Source: an uncultured Candidatus Poseidoniales archaeon
Lineage (GTDB): Archaea; Thermoplasmatota; Poseidoniia; Poseidoniales; Thalassarchaeaceae
DNA length: 64,000 nucleotides
NCBI GenBank assembly: GCA_964563355.1
Contig: CAZLVU010000005.1
Span: forward strand, 14,032-78,031
Direction of reading: 5' to 3'
Both the position numbers and the translations under genes were made by a program. How positions within the stretch are numbered: position 1 is the first letter of the stretch; every line of letters begins with the position of its first letter. This document shows positions 38,018-46,914 of this stretch, one piece after another. The notes beneath the pieces were generated by a model. It was given only the letters and a program-made list of their open reading frames with translations. It did not search any database and was not told the origin of the DNA.

Positions 38018-39025
38018 TTAGGGCCATTTAACATCGGTGTTATCGGTTCTGAGTGCTGGGTTGACTGCGCTGTCATCTATGTTAGTCGTGATTCCGGAGT
38101 CATACATCCTCCTACCAAGTTCAGCGATCATTGTTCCATTATCGACACAATATCGCTTTTCGGGCCAATGAGCTGAAGCACCCCTCTCATGGCACATTAT
38201 GGTAGCCATCTCACGTAATCTGGAGTTGCATGCAACTCCCCCCCCTAGAAGTAACTCATCCTTTCCGGTGTGGGCCAAAGCCCTCTCAGCCACCTCAATG
38301 CATGTAGCGAATGCATGTTCTTGTAATGACCAACAAACCAAATCTAGTTGACTACCATCTGAAACCCGTTTCAATGCTGATGTCAATATCCCTGAAAATG
38401 CTATATCCATGCCATGAACACCGTATGGTAATTGTATTTCTTCATCCATTAGGGATTCGTGACATGTGAATTGAGCAGCCAGCTTCTCAATCTCGGGACC
38501 GCCTGGGAATGGAATGCCTTGGGATCTAGCGAATTTATCAAGCATGTTACCTATCCCAATGTCCAGCGTCTCTCCCAGAACCCTATATCGGCCATCTGCA
38601 CGTGCAATCACCTGCGTGTTACCTCCACTGACATAGAGTAATACTGGATCTTTGCACCCGGTTTGATTTCTACCAACTTCGATGTGTGCGACACAATGAT
38701 TTACACCAATAAGAGGGACTTCAAGTGCTTTAGAAAGCGTCCTAGCAACAGAAGCGCCTATTCTGAGGCATGGTCCAAGACCCGGGCCCTGGCTGAATGC
38801 AATAGCCTCAACGTAATCCCAGTCGAACCATTCGGCGGAACCCACATTTCTCAATAGTCCCGAAGCTGCAATAGAATGATGATCGGCAGCTTCTCGTGGG
38901 TGAATTCCGCCTTCCTCTGGAAGATATAAAGCTGAATGCGATGGGAATAGTTCCCCTTCTGTGCTAACACCCCCAACCGAAAGAGTATGGGCAGTGCTCT
39001 CAATTCCCAAAACAAGGCCGCTCAT
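38018..39025 (-). CDS. kae1: tRNA N6-adenosine threonylcarbamoyltransferase Kae1 (KEOPS), not fused to Bud32
   Basis: LGIESTAHTLSVG, GVNHCVAHIE, LYVSGGNTQV and LLGGGVACNSRLREM. Confidence 0.9.
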   Translation of the reverse strand: MSGLVLGIESTAHTLSVGGVSTEGELFPSHSALYLPEEGGIHPREAADHHSIAASGLLRNVGSAEWFDWDYVEAIAFSQGPGLGPCLRIGASVARTLSKALEVPLIGVNHCVAHIEVGRNQTGCKDPVLLYVSGGNTQVIARADGRYRVLGETLDIGIGNMLDKFARSQGIPFPGGPEIEKLAAQFTCHESLMDEEIQLPYGVHGMDIAFSGILTSALKRVSDGSQLDLVCWSLQEHAFATCIEVAERALAHTGKDELLLGGGVACNSRLREMATIMCHERGASAHWPEKRYCVDNGTMIAELGRRMYDSGITTNIDDSAVNPALRTDNTDVKWP

Positions 39026-39075
39026 GGCACCTGCAAGAGCGGGAGTTCTTTCAACTATCGCCGATATCGAAGTAT

Positions 39076-40368
39076 GTGAGGACCCTCATTGCAAATTGTG
39101 GGGAGGTCGCCCACCTCTCTACCGGAGATGACCAATTCCCCTTATCGGGGCGAAATCTAACTGATAGGAGCTCCCTTGTGCATCCTCCGGGCATGGCGAT
39201 TCTAGTCGAAAACGGCGTAGTTGGAAGAATTGGTCCCTCTACTGAACTAATTGCAGAGTACGCACCATGGTATCCTTCGAAACAATCAGCTTCAGAAATA
39301 GAGGTACTTGATGTTCATGGCATGGCAATAGTGCCCGGATTCGTTGATTGTCATACTCATCTGGTTTGGGCAGGAGACCGTTCGAATGAGCTCGCTCAGA
39401 GGCAATCAGGAAAATCATACAAAGACATTGCTTCATCCGGTGGTGGAATTCGAAAGACCGTGATGGAAACTAGAGCGGCTCCCATAGAATCCCTCGTAGA
39501 GTCAGGTGTTCGTAGGGTTTCGACTGCTATATCTAATGGAACCACTTCAATTGAAGCAAAAAGTGGCTATGGTCTCGATCTGGAAAGTGAAGTGAAATTA
39601 CTGGAGGCCATTTCAATGACAAACAGGTCCTCCCCTTGCAACATAGTCCCCACATGGCTAGGGGGTCATGACTTCCCCCCTGAAATGAGTAGGGGCGAAT
39701 ATGTTGAACATCTCATCAATGACCAATTGCCCGTAATCAGTGAGCTGTCCTTGGCTAGATGGGCTGATGTCTTTTGTGAGGAGGGGTGGTATAATCACGA
39801 GGAGACTGAAAGGATCGTTAAGGGTGCAAATGAACATGGCCTTGGCTCGAGGTTGCATGTGGATGAATTTGTTGATTCGGGGGGATTGGCACTTGCTGCT
39901 GAACTCGGTTCAGTCAGTGGCGACCATGCTGCCTGCTCGAACGAAGACTCTAGAATATTAGCAGCTGAATCAGGAACGGTACAAACCTTCCTCCCTGGCA
40001 CTCCTTACGTCCTAGGCTCAGAAATAAATTCCCCAATAAAACAATGCATCCAAGAAGACTGGCCGTTCGCTACTGCTACAGATTTCAATCCTAACTGCCC
40101 AACGATCTCCCTCCCATTCATTGGTAGCCTACTCTCCCATCGTTTGGAAGTAGATCCTATTGTTAGTCTGGTCTCAGTAACGAGGAACCCCTCCACTACA
40201 ATGTTTGATGATGACAATGTTAAGGGCGTTATTGCTGAAGGAAATTCGGCTGATCTCAATGTTCTGTGGTCTGGTTCCGCTGATAGTTGGTGCCAAACTC
40301 CTGGTTCTCCGCCAGTTAGGATGACTATGATCAATGGAAGTATTGTAAATTCAAATGAGGTTTATTGA
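39076..40368 (+). CDS. hutI: Imidazolonepropionase
   Basis: VPGFVDCHTHLVWAGDR, GGGIRKTV, IEAKSGYGL, GDHAA and ATDFNPN. GTG start. Confidence 0.85.
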   Translation: MRTLIANCGEVAHLSTGDDQFPLSGRNLTDRSSLVHPPGMAILVENGVVGRIGPSTELIAEYAPWYPSKQSASEIEVLDVHGMAIVPGFVDCHTHLVWAGDRSNELAQRQSGKSYKDIASSGGGIRKTVMETRAAPIESLVESGVRRVSTAISNGTTSIEAKSGYGLDLESEVKLLEAISMTNRSSPCNIVPTWLGGHDFPPEMSRGEYVEHLINDQLPVISELSLARWADVFCEEGWYNHEETERIVKGANEHGLGSRLHVDEFVDSGGLALAAELGSVSGDHAACSNEDSRILAAESGTVQTFLPGTPYVLGSEINSPIKQCIQEDWPFATATDFNPNCPTISLPFIGSLLSHRLEVDPIVSLVSVTRNPSTTMFDDDNVKGVIAEGNSADLNVLWSGSADSWCQTPGSPPVRMTMINGSIVNSNEVY

Positions 40369-40467
40369 TTCTAATAATTATTTATTACCTTATTGATAGA
40401 ATAAATATAAATTTTCATAATATCTCCTATAAGTGGGAAAATATTGCAAATTTTTCGCATGCATTCC

Positions 40468-40491
40468 TTCTGATAATCCGGGTTATCAGAA
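40468..40491. promoter_or_regulatory. Perfect 9-bp-arm inverted repeat (TTCTGATAA-TCCGGG-TTATCAGAA) in an AT-rich spacer
   Basis: Read directly from the sequence. It lies 100 nt after the hutI stop and 124 nt before the small zinc-ribbon ORF. Whether it acts as a hairpin terminator or a protein-binding site is undecided. Confidence 0.4.
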
Positions 40492-40614
40492 ATTGATTGA
40501 TGATAATGAATGGATATTAGCTCGCAGTACGACGATTATGGAAAATATCCAATATTTGGGTGATTATCCCTTGATATTATGAAATATTGAAGATGCAATG
40601 GCCTATCACAGTTC

Positions 40615-40770
40615 ATGGAGGCTCGGCATCATGGATATTGCATGAAATGCAAGTCATACGTTTTGATTGCTAATCAAAAGAAGATCGTAATGAGCAACGG
40701 TAGAACCAGAGTCGCTGGTAGCTGTACTGCCCAGGGATGTGATGGAAGGATCTCTAAAATCGTTTCATGA
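40615..40770 (+). CDS. Small zinc-ribbon protein (DUF5679-like)
   Basis: 51-aa ORF absent from the track: MEARHHGYCMKCKSYVLIANQKKIVMSNGRTRVAGSCTAQGCDGRISKIVS. The pattern CxxC...NGR...G.C..C.G matches, from memory, the DUF5679 family. Confidence 0.5.
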   Translation: MEARHHGYCMKCKSYVLIANQKKIVMSNGRTRVAGSCTAQGCDGRISKIVS

Positions 40771-40814
40771 CAATCAGAATGATTCTTGAGTACGTGTCAT
40801 TTAGCATGTAAGCC

Positions 40815-40890
40815 GGGCTCGTGGTCTAGGGGTTATGACGTCGCCTTGACATGGCGAAGATCGCAGGTTCAATTCCTGCCGAGCCCACCA
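40815..40890 (+). tRNA. tRNA-Val (anticodon GAC), CCA encoded
   Basis: Cloverleaf folded by hand: acceptor GGGCTCG/CGAGCCC, anticodon stem TCGCC/GGCGA with loop TTGACAT, and T arm GCAGG-TTCAATT-CCTGC. Discriminator A, then CCA. Confidence 0.95.
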
Positions 40891-40914
40891 ATAGTTTCAA
40901 TACTATTATTATAA

Positions 40915-41631
40915 CTATTCAAATTGGTAGGTAATTCGTAGCCTTCCCTTACCTTTGTTTTTCTTGCCTACGTAGGAGACTAGTGGAATTTCAGCCGTGT
41001 TTGACACATGCGTTCCAGCACAAGGACAAAGATCTACACCCTCGACCTCTACTACCCGAAGTACTGGTGATGGGATTCTGTCCATGAACTTTGTATGTCG
41101 CATCTGATCGTGGGATAGTATTCGCTTCCTCTCCCATTCGTGTACGTTCACTGGCCTAGACGATGATAGTATGCTGTTTACCTCATCGATTAGTGAATCC
41201 GGGTCAAAAATACCTTTGTCTTCGAAAAACAAGTCTACCCTTGATTGGGTAGTGCCGATTTGATTTCCCACCGTTTCAGCTCCCCATATGTCTTCAGCTA
41301 TTGCTGAGAATATGTGCTGTGAGGTATGCATTTTGGCATGTGCATTCCTTTTCTCTACATCTATTTGGCACGTGATCTCATCTCCTTCAACATAGTCCCC
41401 GGAGTCTTCTACGGGATGGATGATCATGGATCCTGGTAACACTTCAAAAAATTCTGTTTTGACGCCGTCTGCACTGGTAAATATTCCTGTATCACCTGGT
41501 TGGCCGCCACCCTTGGGGTAGCAGTAAGTCTCTTCGAGGAATATTGAATTTCCATTGATTCCTGAAACTATCGATTGAAATGCTTCTGGATTTGTTCCGG
41601 GATGCCGTCGCATGTGTAATTTTTCTTGCAT
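40915..41631 (-). CDS. alaX: AlaX-type alanyl-tRNA editing protein (Thr/Ala-tRNA synthetase second additional domain)
   Basis: HTSQHIFSA (HxxxH) and CPCAGTHV (CxxxH) zinc motifs. The start is set at MQEKLHM (41631) to avoid overlap with hutH; the track start is 41691. Confidence 0.75.
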   Translation of the reverse strand: MQEKLHMRRHPGTNPEAFQSIVSGINGNSIFLEETYCYPKGGGQPGDTGIFTSADGVKTEFFEVLPGSMIIHPVEDSGDYVEGDEITCQIDVEKRNAHAKMHTSQHIFSAIAEDIWGAETVGNQIGTTQSRVDLFFEDKGIFDPDSLIDEVNSILSSSRPVNVHEWERKRILSHDQMRHTKFMDRIPSPVLRVVEVEGVDLCPCAGTHVSNTAEIPLVSYVGKKNKGKGRLRITYQFE

Positions 41632-41635
41632 TCGA

Positions 41636-43186
41636 TCACCTGAAAATTTCAGAAATAGCTCCTCCAAAAATCTGTTCGGAAAGGGTTTCACACTCTTTTG
41701 TCAATGATCTATCAATCTCAAGAGAAGCTACACTATCTCTGATCCATGAGTGAATCTTCGTCACCCCGTCACCAGGCTCCTCATCTATCCTATCCAGTGC
41801 CTCTGCTGAACAAATCAGTTCGTTGGCAATAACTTGTGAAAGTAGTTTTGTTGCTTGCAGCGTCCTGAAGGTCCCAGTAGCGCCCATCGAAACGTGGTCC
41901 TCCTTGCCCATGCTGACTGGGACGTTCGAGGATGTTGCTGGGTTTGCTAGTAAGTGCAACTCTGAAATCAAAGCTGCTGCGACGTATTGGATAATCATGA
42001 GGCCGCTTTCCAAGCCTTCATGATTCGCAAGAAACGCCTTTTGTCCACTCCATTTAGGATCCAGAATTTGATTGATCCTTCGTTCGGAGATACTTGCTAA
42101 TTCGTGGCATGCAAGTGCTAGTGAATCACTAGCCAATGCAAGGTTTTGGCCATGAAAATTCCCTCCGCTGATAATCTCTACATCGTCGCCCTCTACGAAG
42201 ACTAGGGGATTATCGGTTGCGCTATTTATTTCAATCTGCAAAATCCTTCTGATCTCTCTTAGTTGATCGATTACCGGGCCATGTACCTGTGGTGCGCATC
42301 TGAAACTGTATGCATCTTGGACGCGATCGCAATCAACGTGTGATAACGCTATTTTCGAGTTCGCAAGCAGGCCGGAAATTCTTGCTGCCGAAGTTGATTG
42401 CCCCAATTGGGGCCTACTGTCGTGAATTCTTCTATCAAATGGAACGTGTGATCCTTTGATAGCTTCAATTGAGCAGGCTACAGCAAAATCAGCTGCAAGT
42501 ACCAATCTCTCCATCCTAATTAGCGATATTGTGAGGAATGCACACATCTGGCTGGTTCCATTGATGAGTGAAAGCCCCTCCTTAGCTTGCAATTTTAGAG
42601 GTGTGATCCCAGCCTCCTTGAGCGCAGAATTTGCCGGGAGAACATTCCATTGCCCTTCTTTGTAGACTGAACTCTCGCCCTCGCCCATCATACCCATAGC
42701 CATGTGCGATAACGGTGCCAAATCACCGGAAGCGCCTAGTGAGCCGATTCTGGGTATTTCCGGGGCAATTCGAGCGTTGACCATTGATAACATGTGATCA
42801 ACGATTTCTGGGCGCGCCCCGGAGATGCCCTTTGCGAGCGAATTGGCCCTGATAACCATCATCAAGAGGGATTGCTCAGGTTCCATCCGCTCACCAACTC
42901 CACACGCGTGACTCCTAACGAGATTGGTTTGGAGGTCTTCTAGCTCGTCATTACTAATTCTAACTGATGACAACGCACCAAATCCGGTGTTGATGCCATA
43001 AACAACTTCACCAGAATCCAGAACTCGTTCTACAGCAGATCTGGATAATTCCATTTCTTTACGAGATTTGGGAGAGAGCGTTACACTGTATTGCCCGGAG
43101 GATATTGCCAATGCATCCTCGGGAGTAAGGGACTCGCCATCTAATTGAATCTCGTCCATGTGGTGATTCCGAGGCGAGTTGCCCAA
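41636..43186 (-). CDS. hutH: Histidine ammonia-lyase
   Basis: GSLGASGDLAPLSH (the ASG triad that forms MIO), GINTGFG and NPLVF. Confidence 0.9.
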   Translation of the reverse strand: MGNSPRNHHMDEIQLDGESLTPEDALAISSGQYSVTLSPKSRKEMELSRSAVERVLDSGEVVYGINTGFGALSSVRISNDELEDLQTNLVRSHACGVGERMEPEQSLLMMVIRANSLAKGISGARPEIVDHMLSMVNARIAPEIPRIGSLGASGDLAPLSHMAMGMMGEGESSVYKEGQWNVLPANSALKEAGITPLKLQAKEGLSLINGTSQMCAFLTISLIRMERLVLAADFAVACSIEAIKGSHVPFDRRIHDSRPQLGQSTSAARISGLLANSKIALSHVDCDRVQDAYSFRCAPQVHGPVIDQLREIRRILQIEINSATDNPLVFVEGDDVEIISGGNFHGQNLALASDSLALACHELASISERRINQILDPKWSGQKAFLANHEGLESGLMIIQYVAAALISELHLLANPATSSNVPVSMGKEDHVSMGATGTFRTLQATKLLSQVIANELICSAEALDRIDEEPGDGVTKIHSWIRDSVASLEIDRSLTKECETLSEQIFGGAISEIFR

Positions 43187-43192
43187 ATAGAG

Positions 43193-45217
43193 TCATCGTG
43201 AAGTGGTAAACAGCTGATCTAGAATGCCGCCGTCAACCAGTTCAGGAAGTGGCACTTCGAGTTGTAAATCCGTTTTCATTGCTCTGGCGATAGCAAAAGT
43301 AGCTGCTTCGTTTCTGGCCCATGAACGTCGAGCTAATCCGTTATTTACATCCCATGAAATCATAGAGTCGATATTCTCAGAAGATTGTTGCGAGCCATCC
43401 AAAACCAAGCCGAAACCTCCGTTGATAGCTTCACCCCATCCAACGCCCCCGCCATTATGCAAACTTACCCATGTTGCCCCTCTAAATGAGTCGCCAACGA
43501 AATTCTGAACTGACATGTCCGCAGTGAACATTGACCCATCATAGATATTTGCAGTCTCTCTGTAGGGGCTATCGGTTCCACTAACATCATGATGGTCCCT
43601 GCCCAAAACAATCTGCGCTGAAACTTCTCCCTCTGCGATCGCAGTGTTAAACGCCTGAGCGATTTCCCTCCTGCCTTCTTCATCAGCATAGAGGATTCTA
43701 GCCTTACTACCAATAACTAGGCTGTGCTGGCTGGCTTCTCTAATCCATCGGACATTGTCGGTGTATTGGGTTCTAATTTCCTCGGGGCAATTTGTAGACA
43801 AATCTGTCAATACCCGCTGTGCAATTTTATCAGTAGCTCTCAGGTCGCTTTCATCTCCCGAGCAGCAAACCCACCTGAAAGGACCAAAACCATAGTCGAA
43901 GCACATTGGTCCCATGATATCTTCAACATAAGATGGGTAACGAAAGGTTCCATCCTCCAGCAATACATCAGCTCCAGCCCTTCTAGCCTCAAGCAAAAAT
44001 GCGTTGCCGTAGTCCCAGAATCTTGTCCCATTTGCACAGAGCTTATTGATTGCAGAAACATGACGTTTCAATGACTCTTGAACTCTTTGTTTGAATTGTT
44101 CGGGGTCGTCCTTCAAGAGTTCGAGGCCCCTGTCCAAAGAGACTCCAGCTGGCATATAGCCACCCAACCAAGGATTATGCAAACTAGTTTGGTCGCTAGC
44201 AAGATCAGGGAAAATGCCCTGTTCAATGAGATGCTCCAATAGATCAACGATATTCCCCAGGTATCCCAAGGAAATCGCCTCTTTGTTCTGTACTGCTATT
44301 TTCGCTCGATTTGAGATTTCATTTAAGTCGTCGTAGAGTTCAGTTACCCAACCCTGAGAATGGCGCTTTTTTGCTGGGCTTGGATCGATTTCCGCGATGA
44401 TACAAACTGCTCCGGCTATTACTGCAGCCTTCGCCTGTGCCCCTGACATGCCCCCCAATCCAGAAGTTACGTACAGCACGCCGGCAAGGCCTCCATCTCC
44501 AAACCCAGATGTAGAGCCGAGATACTTCCTTGCCGCGTTCAAAATGGTAATAGTTGTCCCGTGGACTATTCCCTGTGGCCCAATGTACATGTATGATCCA
44601 GCTGTCATCTGCCCATATTGAGAAACACCCAGAGCACTCATTCTCTCATATTCAGATTGTGAGGAATAGTTTGGGACGACCATGCCATTAGTTACAACTG
44701 CCATAGGGGCCTCGACGCTAGATGGGAAAAGCCCCATCGGATGGCCCGAATACATTACCAGAGTCTGTTCTTCGTTCATCTTGCTAAGTAATTGCATCGT
44801 GAGTCTGTATTGGGCCCAATTCTGAAATACCGCGCCGTTTGCACCATATGTTATCAGTTCATGTGGAAATTGCGCTACAGTTGGATCTAGATTGTTCTGT
44901 ATCATCAGCATTATTGCGGCAGATGAAGAAGAATTTGCGGGATATTCGGAAATGGGCCTTGAGTGCATCTCATAATCAGGTCTGAATCTGTGCATGTATA
45001 TGTGGCCAAAATGATCCAATTCATCGAGAAACTCAGTAGCCAGTGTTTGATGCCAGTCAGCTGGGAAGTACCTGAGTGCGTTCTCTACTGCAAGCCTACG
45101 TTCTGTGTCAGATAGAACCTGTGGCCGGTTAGGTGCGTGTGATACCGAAGTATCTAGAGGCTTGAATGGTGGGAGAGTCTCAGGGATGCCCTCTTGAACT
45201 TCATCTCTGAATCCCAT
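43193..45217 (-). CDS. hutU: Urocanate hydratase (long form, 674 aa)
   Basis: MTAGSYMYIGPQGIVHGT, TSGLGGMSGAQ, GRDHHDVSGTDSPYRET and the WVSLHNGGGVGWGE-like region. Confidence 0.9.
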   Translation of the reverse strand: MGFRDEVQEGIPETLPPFKPLDTSVSHAPNRPQVLSDTERRLAVENALRYFPADWHQTLATEFLDELDHFGHIYMHRFRPDYEMHSRPISEYPANSSSSAAIMLMIQNNLDPTVAQFPHELITYGANGAVFQNWAQYRLTMQLLSKMNEEQTLVMYSGHPMGLFPSSVEAPMAVVTNGMVVPNYSSQSEYERMSALGVSQYGQMTAGSYMYIGPQGIVHGTTITILNAARKYLGSTSGFGDGGLAGVLYVTSGLGGMSGAQAKAAVIAGAVCIIAEIDPSPAKKRHSQGWVTELYDDLNEISNRAKIAVQNKEAISLGYLGNIVDLLEHLIEQGIFPDLASDQTSLHNPWLGGYMPAGVSLDRGLELLKDDPEQFKQRVQESLKRHVSAINKLCANGTRFWDYGNAFLLEARRAGADVLLEDGTFRYPSYVEDIMGPMCFDYGFGPFRWVCCSGDESDLRATDKIAQRVLTDLSTNCPEEIRTQYTDNVRWIREASQHSLVIGSKARILYADEEGRREIAQAFNTAIAEGEVSAQIVLGRDHHDVSGTDSPYRETANIYDGSMFTADMSVQNFVGDSFRGATWVSLHNGGGVGWGEAINGGFGLVLDGSQQSSENIDSMISWDVNNGLARRSWARNEAATFAIARAMKTDLQLEVPLPELVDGGILDQLFTTSR

Positions 45218-45865
45218 CTACCAACCCAACCTACCAGAGATCGTCAAACGGATTTGTTCAACTAATCCATCTGAAATATTGGTGACCTTCTCCAATTCAT
45301 TGGCAAGAGCCACAGTATCTGGGCCATCAATTGAATCTAAGTTAATCTTCACATTCATTGCTGCAACAATTACAGCCGTGTGTGCTAATTCAGCTGATGC
45401 AGCTAGATCAGTAAGAGCATTGATGTTACCGAATTCCGAAAGCGCAACAAGCGATTCTAGGAGAGCGCAAGCATGAGAAGCTGTTTCCAAGGGTGCTGAG
45501 GCCGCGCCAATAGTCGCCTTTTGAATTGCCTCTTTCCTGTTAGCCGTCTCTTCTTTAGACGCCTTGGGTAGACGATAGGCACTCATGACATCATCGAAGG
45601 CCTTAGCATCATTTTCAGCGAGTTTTAGTGAGTACACTAAACCTCTTTCCGAATTTGAAATTACCGATTCAGCAGCGCTATGCCCTTGAACCCACTTCTC
45701 TCGTCCCGAAGTCAGTCTAGCTACCATCAATGCAAGGGCGTGTGCATGAGCGATAGCTAATGCAGATACAGAACCACCTCCAGGAGTCGGTTCGGAAGAT
45801 GCGATTGATTCTAAAATTTCGAAGTACCCCTCATTCATCGCTGAACCCCCGTCTCTATTGCCCAC
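45218..45865 (-). CDS. Formimidoyltetrahydrofolate cyclodeaminase
   Basis: SSEPTPGGGSVSALAIAHAHALALMVARLT, the hallmark of the cyclodeaminase domain. It overlaps the transferase gene by 31 nt. Confidence 0.8.
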   Translation of the reverse strand: MGNRDGGSAMNEGYFEILESIASSEPTPGGGSVSALAIAHAHALALMVARLTSGREKWVQGHSAAESVISNSERGLVYSLKLAENDAKAFDDVMSAYRLPKASKEETANRKEAIQKATIGAASAPLETASHACALLESLVALSEFGNINALTDLAASAELAHTAVIVAAMNVKINLDSIDGPDTVALANELEKVTNISDGLVEQIRLTISGRLGW

Positions 45866-46878
45866 TCGATAATATTTGATTCGGGGATGAAATCGCCCAA
45901 AACATCGAGCATTAGGCCTGAAATTGCTGCATCTACCAATCCGTTTTCGTCAGCTTCGGAGGTTTCGTCGTGATAATGCAATCCAGCTGTGAGCATAGCC
46001 TCAAGAGGCACTAGTCCGACGAGCTCGCTTGCTACAACTATTAGGCCTATTTTTTCGGCTTCTAACCTTATCGCGTCCGTCACTGTGTGCAATCCAGTAA
46101 CTCGGAAATTTAGTAGATTCATGGATACCTGGGCGGTATTTTCGTCGTACATCCATCCTGCAGCCTGTAACGATTGAAACAAGCCGGGGTTCCTGAGTGG
46201 TTTTCCATCATCACCCATGAGTTTCTCACCATTTTCATCCTTCATCAGTGAGCCGCTTGTCCGTATAGTTGACGCGATAGAGTTTGCCTTTGCTTTGTCG
46301 TTTGTATCTAGATTGACGTTGTAGGCAATCAAAACCTGTCTAGCACCAGTAGCTGTGGCACCCATAAGCGGATTGAACTGAGACGGTCCGTAATCCGGCG
46401 CCCATTCATCCTTGTTCAGTTTTTCTTCGAGGCCTTCGTACTCGCCCCTTCTGATGTCAGGTAGCCTTACCCTCTGTTCGGATCTTGCCGCTTCGGCATA
46501 CAAATATACAGACAGGCCTAGGTCTGCCGAAACTGAATTGGCGTAGCGCTCAGAGAGCTTTACGCACTGATCCATAGTGGAGTTCTTGATCGGAATAAAT
46601 GGAACTACGTCCACGGCCCCCATCCTTGCATGTTCACCTTTGTGATTTCGCATGTCTATCAAATCCGTAGCAACCTTGGTCGAAACAATGGCTGCCTGGA
46701 GAACCGCTTCGGGATCGCCAACCATGGTTACTACTGTTCTATTGAAATCGTGCCCCATGTCTACATCAAGTACAGAAACGCCGTCAACCGATGAAATACT
46801 AGCTATAATCGAATCAATGACGGATTTATCCCTTCCTTCACTATAATTGGGAACACACTCGACTAGCGCCGCACTCAT
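45835..46878 (-). CDS. Glutamate formimidoyltransferase
   Basis: LVECVPNYSEGRD, DFNRTVVTMVG and HARMGAVDVVPFIP. Confidence 0.85.
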   Translation of the reverse strand: MSAALVECVPNYSEGRDKSVIDSIIASISSVDGVSVLDVDMGHDFNRTVVTMVGDPEAVLQAAIVSTKVATDLIDMRNHKGEHARMGAVDVVPFIPIKNSTMDQCVKLSERYANSVSADLGLSVYLYAEAARSEQRVRLPDIRRGEYEGLEEKLNKDEWAPDYGPSQFNPLMGATATGARQVLIAYNVNLDTNDKAKANSIASTIRTSGSLMKDENGEKLMGDDGKPLRNPGLFQSLQAAGWMYDENTAQVSMNLLNFRVTGLHTVTDAIRLEAEKIGLIVVASELVGLVPLEAMLTAGLHYHDETSEADENGLVDAAISGLMLDVLGDFIPESNIIEWAIETGVQR

Positions 46879-46914
46879 GGGCCTTGGAGTGGTTGGGTCA
46901 ACATGAGCATTTGC

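Noticed and set aside
40495-40600. C/D-box sRNA, suggested by a TGATGA word at about 40498
   Set aside because: No CTGA D box or C'/D' pair occurs at the required spacing on either strand.
40369-40614. Replication origin in the AT-rich spacer
   Set aside because: There is no cdc6/orc1 gene nearby, and I could not find multiple copies of a long ORB-like repeat, only short words and one palindrome. It is kept as an open finding, not as an origin call.
40369-40914. Integrated mobile element at tRNA-Val
   Set aside because: The window has no integrase, transposase or phage-like genes. I found no direct repeat of the tRNA 3' half flanking a candidate island.
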